Part shown: piece after piece, positions 61,244 through 64,000 of the stretch
How positions within the stretch are numbered: the first letter of the stretch is position 1
How the letters are laid out: each line of letters opens with the position of its first letter
Assembly (NCBI GenBank): GCA_035221665.1
Contig: CM069147.1
Span: forward strand, 19,778,001 to 19,842,000
Direction of reading: 5' to 3'
Source of the DNA: Okamejei kenojei
Taxonomy: Eukaryota
Length of the DNA: 64,000 nucleotides
Program-made: the position numbers and the translations under genes
The notes under the pieces: model-generated
The model's input: the letters and a program-made list of their open reading frames with translations, nothing else
Databases searched by the model: none
Told to the model about the DNA's origin: nothing

Positions 61244-61975
61244 GGGCCTGTCCTACTTAAGCAACTTTTTAGGTAACTGCAGGAGACTCTACGCTCGCAA
61301 CTTGTTTGCTGGTGGTCTCTGGTGAGTCTCCGTCATGGTCGCGAGGAGTTCCCGCATTCTGGGAACTAGCCACGGACTCAGTATGGTCGCTGCAAATTTT
61401 CAACACGTTGGTCGCCATGGAGATAAACGATAATCCTGTAGTCATAGGTGCAGTTGCAGTGGGGTTGCCATGTAGTTGTAGGTAGTCGAGGTAGCCGTAG
61501 GTAGTTTTAGTTAATCGCCTTTGCTGACCGATCATTTTCATTGGCTCATTGGGGAAAAAAACATAAGCAGGAGTTTTCAGAACCAAGGATAATCGACCGG
61601 TAATGTTAAATGTCCGCCAAACGTCACAGCTGTGAATCTCTGGCTTATTAAAAGTTGTCTGGCTTCTTAAAAGTTGCCTCCACTCCTTCTCCCCCCCTCC
61701 CACCTCTTTTAAAGGACTTACCGTACACTGAGCTCGCCGTCTTAATTACAGCGCCAACCTTCCTGCTCATCGCGGCGTGTGTCTGTATCACATTGGCTTT
61801 GCACCGTGGGAATTTTTTAGACAGTGCTCCCCCACTTGCCCTGGCCCCCGCCTTTGCGATGAGTTTGTGTGTTCCACTCTGACAGTTGCCGTTCCAGTTC
61901 CCGGTTTTTCAGCTGACTGCTGACAACTTGACAGTCGCCGGCAATCCGCTGCAAAATCGCCTGTGGGACAGGTCC
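61244..61975. mobile_element. PIF/Harbinger-like MITE inserted in the Gypsy 5' LTR
   Basis: TIRs gggcctgtcctac / gtgggacaggtcc. Confidence 0.65.
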
Positions 61976-62289
61976 ATAAAGGTAATGTAAAGTAATGTAA
62001 AATATGTCACTGATTACTTTACATTAAGGGCAAAAAGGGAAAAGGAGATAGCTCTGTCAGATAATATTAAAGATAATCACATGAGATCATAAGTACATCA
62101 AGGGAAAAAGGGTCACCAGAGAGAGAATAGAGCCCCATAGGAATTAAAACTGTCAAATCTGTCTGGAGCCACAGATGGGCAAGGTCCTCAATGAGTATTT
62201 CTCCTGTTTGTGCTGTGGCGAGAAATATGAGGACCAGGCGCGGTCAAAGGAAGTGTCTTGAGGGCAGTCAGGATTACGGTCTTTAATTT

Positions 62290-62580
62290 TTAGTTTAGTT
62301 TAGAGATACAGAGCAGCAACAGGTCCTTTGGCCCACCGAGTCCACACCGACCAGCGATCCCTATACACTAGCACTATCTTACAAACTAGGATAATTTACC
62401 ATTTTTACCAGTCAATTAGCCTACAAGCCCCTATGTCTTTGGTGTGGAAGGAAACCAGAGCACCCGGGGAAAACCCAAGCAGAAAACGTACAAGCTCCAT
62501 ACAGTCTGCACCCATAGTCAGAATCAAACCCAGGTCTCTGGCTCTGTAAGACAGCAACTCTACCGCTGCGCCACCATTCC
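62290..62580 (-). mobile_element. tRNA-derived V-domain SINE with CR1 tail (HE1-like)
   Basis: Minus strand ggtggcgcagcggtagag (A box), gggtttgattct (B-box-like), V-like core ccgggtgctctggtttccttccac; inserted in a decayed CR1 (62100-63115). Confidence 0.75.
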
Positions 62581-63499
62581 ACCCTGGGTTGAGGAGGTGC
62601 TGAAGATCCTGATGCGTACGAAGGTAGACAAATCTCCCGGACCTGATCAAATGTATCCGATGACATGGATTTCAGCAAGGCATTTGACAAGGTTCCGCAA
62701 GGTTAGATCGCATGGGATCCAAGGAGAGCTAGCTGACTGGATAGAAAATTGGCACAGCATACACACTGAAGGGAAGGGGTCTGGGGAGTGTTGTAGAGCA
62801 GAGGGATCTAGGAGTGCAGGTACTTAGTTCCTTGAAAGTGGTGTCACAGGTAGATAGGATAGTCAACAAGGCTTTTGGCACATTGCCCTTCATCAGTCAA
62901 AGTACTGAATATAGAAGTTTGGAAGTCATGTTACAGGTGTACAGAACATTGGTAAGGCCGCGTTTAGAGTATTGTGTTTAGTTTTGGTCACCTTCTTATA
63001 GGAAATATGTTGTTAAGCTGGAAAAGGTGCAGAGAAGATTTACGAGGATGTTGCCAGGGCTCGAGAGCCTGAGCTACAGGGAGAGGTTGTGCAGGCTCAG
63101 ACTTCATTCCTTGGAGGTTTCGACCAGCCCCAACCTGGGGTAAATCGCACCCGTGTGGGGAGCTGAGATTCCCCGATGCAGGAGCTTGATCGCCCCAACA
63201 CGGAGCGCCCACCGCCGGCGACTGGAGTCAAGATCATCCCGTCAACGGAAGGCTCGAGGCCCCCGACCACAGGAGAACAAAGAAGGGAAGAGATTGAACT
63301 TTTTTTAACCTTCCATCACAGTGAGGTATGTTGAGGAGTCACTGTGGTGGATGTTTATGTTAAAATGTATTTTGTGTGTTGTTGCTTGTTATTGGAATGA
63401 CTGTACGGCAAATCAAATTCCTCGTGTGTTGCAAAACATACGTGGCTAAAGTAATTATGATTATGATTGGAGCGTAGGAGGATAAGGGATAATCCCATA

Positions 63500-64000
63500 G
63501 AAGGTAGACAAAAATGCTGGAGAAACTCAGAGAGTGAGGCAGCATCTATGGAGCAAAGGAAAGGGTGACATTTCGGGACGAGACCCTTCTTCAGACTGAT
63601 GTGGGGGTGGGGGTGGGGGCGGGAAGAAGAAAGGAAGAGGCGGAGACATTAGGCTGTGGGTGAGCTGGGAAGGGAAGGCGAAGGAGGGAGAAAGCAAGGA
63701 CTACCTGAAATTGGAGGTCAATGTTCATGCTGCTGGGGTGTTAACTACCCAAGCTAAATATGAGGTGCTGCTCCTCCAATTTGCAGTGGGACTCACTCTG
63801 GCCATGGAAGAGGCCCATGACAGAAAGGTTGGATTCGGAATGGGAGGGGGAGTTGAAGTGCTGATCCACCAGGAGATCCGTTTGTTTAATGCGACTGAGC
63901 AGAGGTGTTGGGCAAAGCGATCACCAAGCCTGCGCTTGGTCTCGCCGATGCAGAGCAGTTGACATCGATGTGGTGCAGGTGAACCTCTGCCTCACCTGGA
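63500..64000 (-). mobile_element. Penelope-like 3' fragment
   Basis: Minus-strand GETKRRLGDRFAQHL...KLEEQHLIF; tail with hammerhead core at 63565-63597. Confidence 0.85.

Noticed and set aside
58465-64000. Search for DGAT1 exon 10 (39 nt) and earlier exons
   Set aside because: None found by eye; probably beyond the right edge of the window.

Overview
Repeat-dense vertebrate genomic DNA, most likely a cartilaginous fish (skate/ray-like), inferred from the repeat content: a tRNA/V-domain SINE with a CR1 tail, abundant CR1 and Penelope copies. One host gene is supported. Seven GT-AG exons on the minus strand (58462 to 17290; 42, 45, 113, 66, 88, 63 and 150 nt) splice into an open frame matching exons 11-17 of DGAT1 (MBOAT acyltransferase), with unusual active-site substitutions. 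None of these exons appears in the ORF track. The rest is mostly nested mobile DNA: CR1, Rex1/Babar, L1, Tx1 and HERO LINEs, Penelope-like elements with hammerhead-ribozyme cores, two Gypsy LTR elements (one very young), Tc1, a CGGBP1-type hAT, MITEs and Helitrons. The most striking find is a ~140-nt retroposed element in two copies. Its first 54 nt fold into a minimal HDV-like self-cleaving ribozyme, followed by a structured 3' end, a (GAA)n tail and a target-site duplication. All assignments were made by eye; family names and human DGAT1 numbering are from recall and need database confirmation.
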